A stretch of DNA of 64,000 bases from the human T2T-CHM13v2.0 reference genome, Homo sapiens (GCF_009914755.1 NC_060934.1); one strand, 5' to 3'; shown: positions 30,753 to 41,739, counted from the stretch's first letter. Translations and numbers: made by a program. The notes: generated from the letters alone by a model not told the origin.

Positions 30753-31084
30753 CAGGGGTCCCCAGCTCTGTTAGGAACACAGCCACACAGCAGAAGGTGA
30801 GTGGCAGGTGAGTCAGCTAAGCTACATCTGTATTTACAGCCGCTCCTCATTGCTTGCATTACTGCTTGAGCTCTGCCTCCTGTTGAATCAGCAGCAGCAT
30901 TCTATTCTTAAACGAGCACAAACCCTGTTGTGAACAGCACATGCAAGGGATCTAGGTTGTATGCTCCTTATGAGAGTCTAATGCCTGATGATCTGAGGTG
31001 GAAGAGTTTCATCTCAAAACCATCATTCCCCCCTCCCACCCCCACACCCCACCCTCCAGGTGCCAAAAAGGTTGGGGACTGCTG
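30753..31084 (+). mobile_element. MER1B-like hAT-Charlie element
   Basis: TIR-like ends CAGGGGTCCCCA and TTGGGGACTGCTG. 8-bp TSD-like ATTTACAA / ATGTATAA. Internal CTAATGCCTGATGATCTGAGGTGGAA. Confidence 0.88.
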
Positions 31085-31639
31085 ATGTATAAGATTCATA
31101 GTTCAGCCTCATTCTTCCTAGTGTCTGTTTCTCCACCTTTGTCAATCCAAGCTCTTCTATTCAGGCTTTCTTTTACTGTCTCTCATGTAATCTGCCCTCA
31201 GGCTAGTCTCCTCTGCAGGGCTATCTCACACTTTCCCTCCATGTCCTACCCCAGTGAAGGCACACCCTTCAAGAGTCTCCCAAGTCCTGTCTCTGCAAAA
31301 GTCTCCCTGGTGATTCCAGCGCGCTCTTATCACCTGCCCTTCCTTGGAGCTCTTGCGGCCCATAAAATCCCACAGCATTAGACACTGCATTATTCTTTGT
31401 TTCCCAAATTAAGCTGTGTCTTTCTAACTTGGTTATAAGTTCCTTAAGGGCAGGAGCTATGCCCCGTGCCTCTTTTGAATCCTCCTTAGAGTAATTCAAC
31501 TTTAGATAACTAACACTGTAGTCCTTCAGAAAAAGAAACGTGTGGCTCATGTAGCTCGTCACATTTTTTATTTTTATTTTTTGAAACTGGGACCATATTA
31601 TGACATCTTTGTATCTCCTTTTCTCCTGAGATGATGTCA

Positions 31640-32130
31640 TCGAATTAATCATATGTTCAGCCAGCCAGTATTTTTGAGCACCTATTTTTATGCTTGGTGC
31701 TTGATATTTAAGCTCAGCCCTGAAGGATACACAGAAATAAACCCAGTCACAGGGTGGGGATCACTGGAGAGTTTTGCATTGGTGGAAAACAGCATGAACG
31801 AAAGCACAGACACAAGAGAAATTGTGTATTTGAGGAATTGGAAGAAGTTCAGGTGTGCCAGGTGAGAATACCTGAGAGATGAGTTGGAGACATAGGTGGA
31901 TCTCATGGGCATTATTATGTGGCTTGGACTTCATCTTAGGGTAGGGGACACCTTCAAAGAGTTGTAAGCGGGAGACAGCTATGACCATATTTCAGTATTA
32001 AATAACTCTGGCTGAAATGTGTAGCATGGATCAGAGCCAGAGAGACTAGGGACAGGGAGATTCCTTATGAGGTCTGATGGCCTCAACTAACGTAGTAGAG
32101 ATGGGAGGAAGTGGTTGGGAAAGTGTTGTT
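31640..32130 (-). mobile_element. L2 fragment
   Basis: TATTTTTGAGCACCTA..., TTGGACTTCATCTTAGGGTAGGGG..., GATGGCCTCAACTAA. Confidence 0.6.
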
Positions 32131-32239
32131 CAACAGATTCTCGTCTCTCTGACAATGTAAACTCATGGGCATTCTAGTTTCTATATATTTATGTTCATCA
32201 AATTATGCATTGGTTCTGGAATTAAAAATGAACATAAGA

Positions 32240-32360
32240 CTCTTTTGATCTGGGTGCTGACTGCATGGGTATGTTCAGTCTGTGAATATTCCATGAGCTA
32301 AACACTTAGGTGAACTTTCCTGTAAGTATATCATATTTTTTACTAAAAAAGTTTAAAGTA
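32240..32360 (+). mobile_element. L1M 3'-end fragment
   Basis: TTGATCTGGGTGCTG...GGGTATGTTCAGT...GAGCTAAACACTTAGG followed by an A-rich tail. Confidence 0.65.
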
Positions 32361-32979
32361 TAAAACAACTGGCCCAGGACATTTTATGCAAATGTAGAGT
32401 TTCTAATTTTTTATAATTTTTTTGGAGTCCTTATATGGCCAAATTCAAAGATATCTTCAAAATCAACTTGTGCTGTTGCTTTTCTGGAAATATTGAACCC
32501 AACTGGCCTGCTGGAAGCATAAGAGCTTGTTCTGCACCTTTGCTTGTCTGTTCAGAAAGCTGGGTGCAGTGCCCCTACTCCAGCCCCCTAGCCCTGTTAC
32601 TTTTTAGTTATACATTAGAGGAGATGGTGATGAATAGCAGAGCACTTATGATTCTATCTCAGAAATGAGGGCAAGGAGCTGAAGGTTTGGTTAGCGTCGG
32701 TGAAGGCAAGGATTTTATTCGACCTCTAGGGTCTTCCTCTGTCCCCGCCTCCTTTCTCCGGGCATGTGCAGGCCCATGCTAGGCTGCCTTCGTGGGTTAC
32801 TGCCCCAGTTCCCAATTGGTTTCTGAAACTTTCTGCATGTTCCTGCCTCTTATTTGTACTGCCTTGTTTTTTCATTCAGCATCCAAATAAAGAATTCATG
32901 ATCTCATCGATGGCAAGGTAACTCATAACTTTGTATGTATATACTTTCTTACTCCAACTAGGTTTCAACCCTTTTATAA

Positions 32980-33400
32980 TGCCTTTGGTGTTCTCTTTTG
33001 CTGGAACATCCTCCTTTGTCCCCGCTGTCAAGTTTGGATTTGCCCCGCAGTTCTGGTCCTCCTCCAGATCCCATTTTTTTTTGTTGCCCTCAACTTTTTT
33101 CTGGGCTGGTCTCTTCCACTGCAGTATCATCTAACTTCCTCCTCCCCTGGGAGGTGCTGCCCACAGGCTTCTCAAGCTCAGCTTATTCTCAGCAGAGTAA
33201 CTTATCTTCCCCAATGACCCTGTTTTACCTTTTTTGGTTGCCTTCTTGGTCAACAGTATCATCATTTGCCAAATTGTCCGTGTTGGAAACATCAGAATTA
33301 TCTTCAACTCCTTGGTTTTCTTCATTCCACCCACTCAGTTATTCACATTGTGATTCTACTGCTAAAATCTGCTTTGGCCCTTCTCCTCTCTCTACAGCTG
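32980..33400 (+). mobile_element. L2 fragment
   Basis: The reverse complement resembles the purine-rich L2 strand. Explains ORFs 32876..33130 and 32998..33549. Confidence 0.55.
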
Positions 33401-33562
33401 CTGCCTGGCAACATGGAATAGTGATGCCCATCCCTTCCACGTACTGCATGTGTCAGCTTGGGCCGTTTTTAATCTGCCAGGCCCTTGTGTTTCCTCATTT
33501 GTGTCATGTGGGTGATAATGCAGATTTACGGGATGGCTCTCATAGCTAAGTGATGCAAGCCT

Positions 33563-34014
33563 TTGTGCCACTGCACTCTAGCCTGAGCAACAGAGCAAGA
33601 CACCATCTCTGAAAAAGTATAAAAAATGAAAAAGAGCTATGGATGTGTTATGAGAATTTCAAACTCATCTTTCCTAGACCATCTGGGCTTCTCTTGCATT
33701 TCCATCACATGATCATATGAATCACCATATTGGTCTCACCTTCCAGGAAGGAAGGCTGATGCACTCCACTGTGGTCTTTATTAAGCTTGTGTGGTTTACT
33801 TCTTAGGATTCCCTAGAATCAAAACCACTAGGAAAGGAAGATCCCCAAGTGCACCAAAGGTCATATTCACGTTTGGATCCCAGATAATGGTCGAGTAACG
33901 TAGTTTCTCTGACCTGGCACTTTGAGCAGGAAGAAAGGGAGTTGCTTGTGCCTTTGCTTCCTCTAAAAATAGCAAGAATAAATTCGGTCCCTTTTCCACA
34001 TAAATATTACATGC
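33563..34014 (+). repeat. Copy A (derived) of a 452-bp local direct duplication
   Basis: Aligns by eye to 35862-36314 with about 25 differences (about 94-95% identity). The near-identical ORF texts 33796..34071 and 36102..36299 reflect this. Confidence 0.97.
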
Positions 34015-34165
34015 ATCTTGCACAAGCTGGACAAGTAGGCAGTGGTTGACAAAGAAAAGAACCTCCCTCACGGGCCCCGTAGTCGCTCACTTGTAGGGTG
34101 GTCTTCCCACTGCCCTTCCTTCCTGTCTCGAGACTCTTCCAAGTTCTGAGTCCATGCTTCATGCT

Positions 34166-34520
34166 TGATATGGTTTGGCTCTGTATCCCCACCCAAATCT
34201 CACCTTGAATTGTAATAATCCCCACGTGTCATGGGAGGGACCCGGTGGGAGGTAATTGAATCATGGAGGCTGGATTTTCTCATGCAGTTCTTGTGATAGT
34301 AAGTCTCATGAGATCTGATGGTTTTATAAAGGGGAGTTCCTCTGCACACGCTCTCTTGCCTGCCACCATGTAAGATGTGACTTTGCTCCTATTCACCTTC
34401 CACCATGATTGTGAGGCCTCCTCAGCCATGTGAAACTGTGAGTCAATTAAGCCTCTTTCCTGTATAAATTACCCTGTCTCAGGTATGTCTTCATTAGCAG
34501 CGTGAGAACAGGCTAATACA
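34166..34520 (+). mobile_element. Solo THE1B-like MaLR LTR
   Basis: TGATATGGTTTGGCTCTGT...GCTAATACA with perfect 5-bp TSD ATGCT (34161-34165 and 34521-34525). Confidence 0.95.
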
Positions 34521-35764
34521 ATGCTGAGTTATCTTTCTAGAGCCCCAAACCTTTCATGGCTTCCTAATGGCAGAGTCTTTAGTGTGAAATGCAATATCCT
34601 TCCTCACTCAGCCCTAGGCTACTCTCTGCCTTGTCTCCACTACCTCTTTGGCCTCTAGAAACCTGCCAGGGACTTTCTTTTGGGGATCATAACTTAGTTA
34701 TGTGCTTAGAGCATTTGCCATATTTACAAGGAATAGGAAAGTAAAAGTAATGCTTACTTTCTACCACTGCAATGTAAAATAAAATTTAATGCACTTTAAA
34801 AAGTGATGGTATATCTCATTAGGAACTGATTTAAGGAAATGTGTGGGGCCTTTAATAGCTTCCAGTGATTTGTTTTTAATAGCAGGCAGAGGATAGAACT
34901 CGTAAGAGTAACTTGCTGTTGATCTCTGGGGGATCTCAGTGAGGTGGGAGGTCAGCAGAGCGCAGGCTGACCCGGGAAGAAATGAGGTGACACCAGCTCT
35001 TGGGGCTGTGGCACAGTCAACTGAAGCATTAAATGCAAAAAGTAGAACTACTCCTAAAAATGAATGAAGCAAAAATTACACTGGCTTCTGATTCTTGTTC
35101 CTGGCCTATAGGACACTTGCTTTTGCCAAGCCACCACAAAAATCACCCTCCTGCTCCCATTGCTCCTAATTCTGAAAGTCTTGTCTTCCCATCTCATCTT
35201 CAATGCCCTGTTCTACCTGCCTGCAGTTTATGAACTCCCAAACTTTAGCATTTATGGAAAGTAATGAAGGTAATATACAGTTTTATCATTTTATTTTCAA
35301 CGTACCCATATAAATGGTGCTTTAAAATTCAAAAACAATTATGAAAACATCAAGTTTATCATTCCATCTCAAGGAATGTATCAAATCCTTAAAGTTAGGA
35401 ACAGGCCCTTCCTAATCTTTTTGTCTCTCCCTGTTCTAGCTGAATAACTTAATGACTCCTCGTTGAGCGTGGTATTTCACAAATTGTGCGATACAGCTGC
35501 AAGCCACTGAGACTAGGTAACGCACAGGAAGAATGCTTCGTGAAGAAATCCATCCTCCGAACAAATGTTTCCTAAGTGTCTACCACATACCACACGTTGT
35601 TCTAAAGTGGGGATAAAATGGAGAAACTCCCTGTTTTCATGGAACTTAGGTTCACATGGAGGAAACAGATAACAAACAAGTTAATAAGTAAATAACTTAG
35701 TTTCAGAGGGTGATATAGAAAGGTAACATTGAAAGCACCTGAGTATTATATGAGAGCTATGCGA

Positions 35765-35931
35765 TGAGCATGGAAGCACACATTTGTAGTCCTACCTACT
35801 TGGGAGGCTGAGGTGGGAGGAACACTTGAGCCCAGGAGTTCAAGGCTGCAATGAGCTATGATTGTGTCACTGCACTCCAGCCTGGGCAACAGAGCAAGAC
35901 ACCATCTCTGAAAAAGTATAAAAAATTAAAA
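35765..35931 (+). mobile_element. Old Alu monomer (FAM/FRAM/AluJ arm)
   Basis: TGTAGTCC...GGGAGGCTGAGGTGGGAGG...GAGCCCAGGAGTTCAAGGCTGCA...CACTCCAGCCTGGGCAACAGAG plus A tail. Confidence 0.88.
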
Positions 35932-36314
35932 AGAGTTGTGGATGTGTTATGATAGTTTCAAACTCATCTTTCCTACACCATCTGGGTCTCTCTTGCATTT
36001 CCGTCACGTGATCATATGAATTGCCATATTGGTCTCACCTTCCAGGAAGGAAGGCTGATCCACTCCACTGTGGTCTTTATTAAGCTTGTGCAGTTTACTT
36101 CTTAGGATTCCCTAGAATCAAAACCACTAGGAAAGGAAGATCCCCAAGTGCACCAAAGGTCATATTCACATTTGGATGCCCAGATAATGGTCGAGTAACG
36201 TAGTTTCTCTGACCTGGCACTTTGAGCAGGAAGAAAGGGAGTTGCTTGTGCCTTTGCCTCCTCTAAAAATAGCAAGAATAAACTTGGTCCATTTTCCACA
36301 TAAATATTAAATGC
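35862..36314 (+). repeat. Copy B (source) of the 452-bp duplication
   Basis: See copy A. Begins inside the Alu monomer at about 35765-35931. Confidence 0.97.
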
Positions 36315-38324
36315 CTAACTTATGAATATTCACCTGTGGCCTTCTTAAGATTTCCCACCTGCCTGAAAGTGGTGCTTGGCAAAACATTAGGCCAAAACTG
36401 ATCTCTCCATTGTGAACATGTTGTCTGCTAAGTTGTAAGATTTCACAAACCAAAGCTAGTTTTTGATTGTTTGTTTGTTTTTTTAATCAACTACATTATC
36501 CATGATAGTTTATTTTAATGGGAAATGCTTTCCTTTCTTCTTCTTGTCTTCAATGGGCCTTTCTTTACCTACACAGACATAGTCCTCTGAAGCCAGTTCT
36601 TGGTGTCTGCTTTCATTTACAGCAGAGAATCATGATTACTCTTTAGAACAATACTTCTTAAATTTATCTAGTACCTATTTTCAAGTGGCTTCTTGGAGTT
36701 CCAAGTACTTTATGGTTTGCTATTTATACATACATATTGATAAATGTGACACTTTATCATGATAAGGGGCTTTACAATTAGTCTTGCTCATTAATCATTC
36801 CTGCGCCCTGCTCCTCCTGGTAAACAGCTCCAATTTGAAAATGAGTGAACAGTCTTTGTGGAAGGAGTCTCCATTTGGAATTTAGGGCCCTTGGATTTGT
36901 CACTGGGATGGCCACCTCCTGCTTCCACAGTATGACTGACAGGTCATTTTTGAGTTGCTCAAGTGAAAGCAACTCATATGAACAAGTTCCCCAGATACTG
37001 TCAAACCCTTTCTTTAGCAATGCTACTGGTGTCTTACTTTAAACCCACTGTCAGTATTATGTTTCAGGTAGTGAATTGTGATACTCGGGTCTTTTATGCT
37101 TTGGAAGTATTTTCCCCCACGAGGCAGAGCATGGAACTGGGGTCTGGAAGAAGGATTGCACCATATTCCATTAGTCTTCGGCTTCTGTCCCCAGTGCTGC
37201 CCTGGGCTCCCCCACTATTTGCAGACGTCACTGCTTTGCCTCTGTTGCACCCATAGAGAAAGACCCTTCTTCTGCAGTTGATAAATTGGGGTCAGAGGAG
37301 CTTTGTGTCTTCAGTGTGACATCAGCAGAATAGAAGAACGTTCATCCATTTGCACGTGTATTTATCAACTTCACCGAGCTCCTACTATGTATCACACACT
37401 TGGTACACTGCAAATCCATTTCTTTTAGACCTTGATCATTGCTTCATATTTACTTAACAAATTTTCTATGTATTCTTTCCATCTTCCAGAGCAATATGGG
37501 ATGTTTCTTAATTAAACTTGGCAGTTCTCAGTATCTGAAACTAGCAGCTAAATAGATTTAATGTCCTTGATGCCTCCACATTCCTGGATTGTTCTTTTAG
37601 GATTTGAGAGGCAGGCTAGATTTGTGTACTGTCCCATGCTTATCAAAGAGGGAATCTGTTCTGTCAGGCTCTGGCATATTTTGTATTAACACTTCCATTG
37701 AAATGATACTTTCTATTACTTTTGCAATGTAAATGCCAAAATGCAAAGACAAGACACAGAAAGCAGAAAAAAAACTTAAGAATCATTAAGTTGTATTTGG
37801 AAATTTAGCTCTTTCTTCTGGAAATTACCTATAACAGAAACAAATGCACCTATAATTTCACCTTTTAAATTTGTTTAGAAAGCTCAAATCTGAAAAGGCC
37901 AAGAAGCTGGCTGATTCTTAGCTCACTGCCAATATTCTCACATTGCAGAACTTTTCTAGTTTTTTTCTTCATCAAGTTTGCATTATTAGCTAAAAATGTA
38001 ATTTATACAGCAAAAACATCTTTTTGGATATAGAGGGCATCCGAACAATCTAAGATTTTCTTATTGTTCTTTGTTAATTACTGCTTTTTTTTTTGGAAAA
38101 AAAGAAATCCCTACCAACCAAATATAGTAATAATCAGGATTGTTAAAAATTGGCTCCTACTGCAGATGATCCCAAAAAATATTAATAATTAGCCCCCAAA
38201 AGTTGTTAGTCTGTCTAGGCTCAACTCGACCTTCATTTGGAATAAAGTTTGAAAGGAATTGCTTTGATACTAGTATCCAAGTCAGAAACTGCTTAAGCAA
38301 TTTTTCATTAACTTACTATCTATC

Positions 38325-38691
38325 TGTATTAGTCCATTTTCACATTGCTGATAAAGACATACCTGAGACTGGGTAATTTATAAAGAAAAAGAGGTTTAAT
38401 GGACTCACAGTTCCATGTGGCTGGACAGGCCTCACAATCATGGCAGAAGGCAAAAGTCACGTCTTACATGGCAACAGGCAAGAGAGGAAATGAGAGCCAA
38501 GTGAAAAAGGAAATCCCTTATAAAACCAACAGATCTCATAAGACTTATTCACTACCACGAGAACAGAATGGGGAAAACCGCCCCTGTGATTTCAGTTATC
38601 TCCCACCAGGTCCCTCCTACAACACGTGGGAATTTTGGGAGCTACAGTTCAAGGTGAGATTTGGGTGGGGATACAGAGCCAAACCGTATCA
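38325..38691 (-). mobile_element. Solo THE1B-like MaLR LTR
   Basis: TGTATTAGTCCATTTTCAC...CCAAACCGTATCA with perfect TSD CTATC (38320-38324 and 38692-38696). Confidence 0.95.
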
Positions 38692-38829
38692 CTATCCCCT
38701 AAGGTTATTACTATCACATTAGGGAAGTGTAAGATTCATTACACTAAGCACTCCTTAAAAACTATGCTTTGCTGGGGCGAGTATGCGGATCTCTGTGCAC
38801 AGTGGGGGCATTGGGTTGCATGTGGTGTC

Positions 38830-39080
38830 GTAGAAAGGGGCAGGCCCAGCAGTCGGTAGAATGAGCGCCTAAGCTCCATCATTATTGCATCTTCTCCAGG
38901 TAAGTCACTCCAGCCACTTCCTACACTTGAATTTCTGCAGCTAAGGGGGTTAAGGAACCAGCGGTGCCTGCCCACTATGTTGTCATGGGGATTAAATGAA
39001 TTGCTAAATGTGAAAAGGTCTTGAAATGTAAAACACAATAGCATGAAAGGAATATCTCAGTGTAGTCATCTATGCTGACC
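38830..39080 (+). mobile_element. MIR
   Basis: GTAAGTCACT...GTTGTCATGGGGATTAAATGA...AATGTGAAA. Diverged. Confidence 0.55.
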
Positions 39081-39809
39081 AGTGCCTGAATTAGAATAAG
39101 AAACGTCAAGGTTATTTTTTTTTTCACATAGTTGTTAGAGAAATGGCATTTAAAATTTTTTTGAAAATAAAATAGTCCTCTCCTCACATTTCCAGTGGTT
39201 AAACATAAATTCATTCCTTTATTTAACAAATATGTATTAATTATCAGATAAGGGAAAAATATTCTAGTGGGTGCATTAAGAAGTGCAAAGATTAATTCCA
39301 TGTGGAGTTGGGGAGGTCAAAGACTTACTATATACACTATGTACATGTTATAAACTACATCCTTTCTTCCTATTTACTCATCTTTATAACCCAGGTTTAG
39401 CACATGGTGGATGTAAAGCCCTCAATCTGTCATCTTAGTGGCGTTTAGACAGGTACTAAACTCTACCTCAATAGCGTTCTCATTATTTACATCCGTAGAC
39501 TAAAAAGGAAGTGGAGAGAGTATAAAATATTTAATGGTTTGGTTCAGTTCCAGTCCTTACTACCATGGATCCACAATTTATTTCACTGTAGGAACAGCCC
39601 CATATACTACAACATGGGCTTCCAATGTTAAGAATTTACCTTTGGATAAGCAACTGCATTATTGTTGTACGTTAGTGCTTGCTTCATAGTTTAGCCCCCA
39701 TTAGAAACTGCATGGAAATATGCAAAAAGGGCTTTGTGTCCGAGCAGCGTATTTTTACTTTTCTCTAATGGACAAAACCGGTGGCTGGTATCAGTCCAGT
39801 TATCCCATT

Positions 39810-40020
39810 TTTAATAATATTTACGCTGACTGAACACACCCAGTTTCACTACAAGCTCTTCACATGCTTTAAAATAAATTAGCATTTGTTGCCCCCATTT
39901 AACCGCTGGAGTAAAGAGAGCCACAGAGAGGTTAAGAGACTTCTGCCCCAGCACCGAGCACAAGTCACAAGGCGAATGGGCTCAAACTGTTTCTCCCTAA
40001 GATCTCTCTGGTTCCAAGCT
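39810..40020 (-). mobile_element. MIR
   Basis: CCCCATTTAA...CACAGAGAGGTTAAGAGACTT...CCCAG. Confidence 0.6.
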
Positions 40021-40708
40021 CATTTACATGATGCTTTTCTTACTTCAAAAGAACATCTTAGATTTTATATGATATCATTCGCTGGCAAGGTTGTTCATTT
40101 TTATATATTCACTGTAACTTTCATATGTTAGAATGAAGCAAGAATATGTAAAAAAAAAATGGGGTTGTTTTAGGGACAAGGCTCTCATTTCATGATCTGA
40201 TTTTTGTCAAGTGACTCATCACGCCTTCTTGTTGCCCTCTAGAAATAGGGATGGTGAGTGCTATCCTTCGCTTATTTGCCATAGTCCAGCTGATACATCA
40301 TGCAAGATTTCTGTGCAGTGGAGATTTAAAAACCTTCGTCTCCCCCTGCCCAGAGAACATGTTCATTTTTCTAGCTGTGGATCAAGACCAAGTTCAGAGG
40401 TCAGAGACCTAGCAAGAAATTGGAGTGTGTTCCAGATCTTCAAATAGGTGGGGAACAGAGTCCACCATTACTTTCCTCCTCTATTATTATCCCCAGTAAT
40501 GCTTTGAGTCCAGGTTATACTGAGGTGCATGTTGGAGAATGGGAGCGGGACCAGGATTCAGTGACCCACGTCTGTTTGAGGCTGTTCTATGTTGTTCCAT
40601 CCAAGCTGAGCGCATTCTTGGCTTCAGGTCAGCACACACCTCCTGGAATAGTGCCTTAGCTTGCACTTTTGATGACGGATTGCTCAGTCCTTAGCATCTC
40701 TTCTTTCC

Positions 40709-40751
40709 TGTGTGTGTGTGCGCGCGCGCGTGTGTGTGTGTGTGTGTGTGT
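40709..40751 (+). repeat. (TG)6(CG)5(TG)10 alternating purine-pyrimidine tract
   Basis: Seen directly. Confidence 0.97.
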
Positions 40752-41399
40752 TGTTATTTTACTTGGCTAATCTGCGTAGAATTTTTCTAATTCCAATAAA
40801 CAGAAGTACAATGTATATTTCCCTGGTTAACTGTACATGCGAAGCCTGGTAGGAAAGCAGATTTTTCTTATTTTAGAAAAGAGCAACTCATTGGTCTTTT
40901 GCAGATGATGCTCCTGTGTCGATGAGGACTCCAGTGCCACCAAACAATCTTTGCATTGCCTGCCTCCTTTAGATACCCTCCTCCAGGTGAATGACGCTCT
41001 GATTTGTGAGAATTCTGGTGCGCACAGAGTTAAAATATTTCCAAATCCTCGATCTCTATGCTATGCATCTATGACTCAGGGTGGGGCTAAGGGTCTTGAC
41101 CTTGTCACTCTTCCTGAGGACAAGACAAGAGGAGCAGATGAATCCAACTGTGAATGCAGTGTCCCAGAAAAGAGAGGCAAAAATCCTTTTTAGCACACTG
41201 ACCCATCCCAATCTGTGGTTACTCATCTGCGATGCTTGCTGGTAGTTTTGATAGCAAAAGGCAACTGGGAAATTGGTTTTGCTATTAAGTGTGTAAGAAA
41301 AAGGTAAATGAGTTCCTTGGTTGTTGTTTTTTTTGTTCCCCCAATTTTTAAAGATGGTAATTAGGAGAAGTAATACCAGCCAGGCTTGAGTGAATGCAG

Positions 41400-41556
41400 A
41401 CAAGACCCCTATAGGCAGCACAGTGTATTAGTGTAATAATATGCATAGACAACATAACTTGTCAGAGAGGATTATTTCTACTTAGTGAATCTGCAGGAGC
41501 CCCCTTGCTCTACTATTCAGCATTTGACTAGGGAAGAGAGTGGGAAGAGAGAGAGA

Positions 41557-41598
<42 letters not shown>

Positions 41599-41686
41599 AG
41601 AGGGCGCGTTAGTGAGCAGCGACTGTGGCATTGATGTTTGAGCATACTTCTGAACTGGCTTTTGTTGAGACTATCAGTATAGAAGC
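41400..41686 (+). promoter_or_regulatory. CELF2: CELF2 promoter and 5'UTR for exon 1a (non-CpG-island, GA-repeat associated)
   Basis: Directly upstream of the exon 1a ATG, with no acceptor-like pyrimidine tract. Polypurine (GA)n at 41530-41604 is followed by a short GC patch. The exact TSS cannot be seen. Confidence 0.65.
41530..41604 (+). repeat. (GA)n polypurine tract at the exon 1a promoter
   Basis: 75 nt, all purine except one T at 41541. Confidence 0.97.
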
Positions 41687-41717
41687 ATGCGCTGTCCCAA
41701 ATCCGCTGTTACTATGA
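41634..41717 (+). other. Out-of-frame overlapping uORF in the exon 1a leader (MFEHTSELAFVETISIEACAVPNPLLL*)
   Basis: ATG at 41634 lies 53 nt upstream of the main ATG. The frame is open to TGA at 41715-41717. Requires a TSS upstream of 41634, which is inferred. Confidence 0.75.
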
Positions 41718-41739
41718 GAAATGAAGAGCTGCTTTTAAG
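41687..41739 (+). CDS. CELF2: CELF2 alternative first coding exon 1a (MRCPKSAVTMRNEELLL + AG of a split Ser codon), phase-2 donor
   Basis: ATG at 41687 has A at -3 and an in-frame upstream TGA at 41666-41668. The translation matches the recognised N-terminus of a CELF2 isoform (MRCPKSAVTMRNEELLLSNGTANKM...). The 53-nt CDS is followed by donor AAG|GTATGT at 41740. Too short for the ORF track. Confidence 0.96.

Noticed and set aside
32876-33549. Lys/Glu-rich minus ORF and 183-aa plus ORF, considered as a processed pseudogene
   Set aside because: The sequence resembles degraded L2. No recognisable parent protein, poly(A) tail or TSD.
33563-34014. Copy A as an Alu 3' transduction, or the two copies as paired LTRs of a provirus
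   Set aside because: No terminal poly(A) or TSD, no TG...CA termini, and the intervening 1.85 kb is ordinary genomic sequence with its own THE1 insertion.
34166-38691. Two THE1B LTRs as the ends of one element
   Set aside because: Opposite orientation, and each has its own distinct 5-bp TSD, so they are independent solo LTRs.
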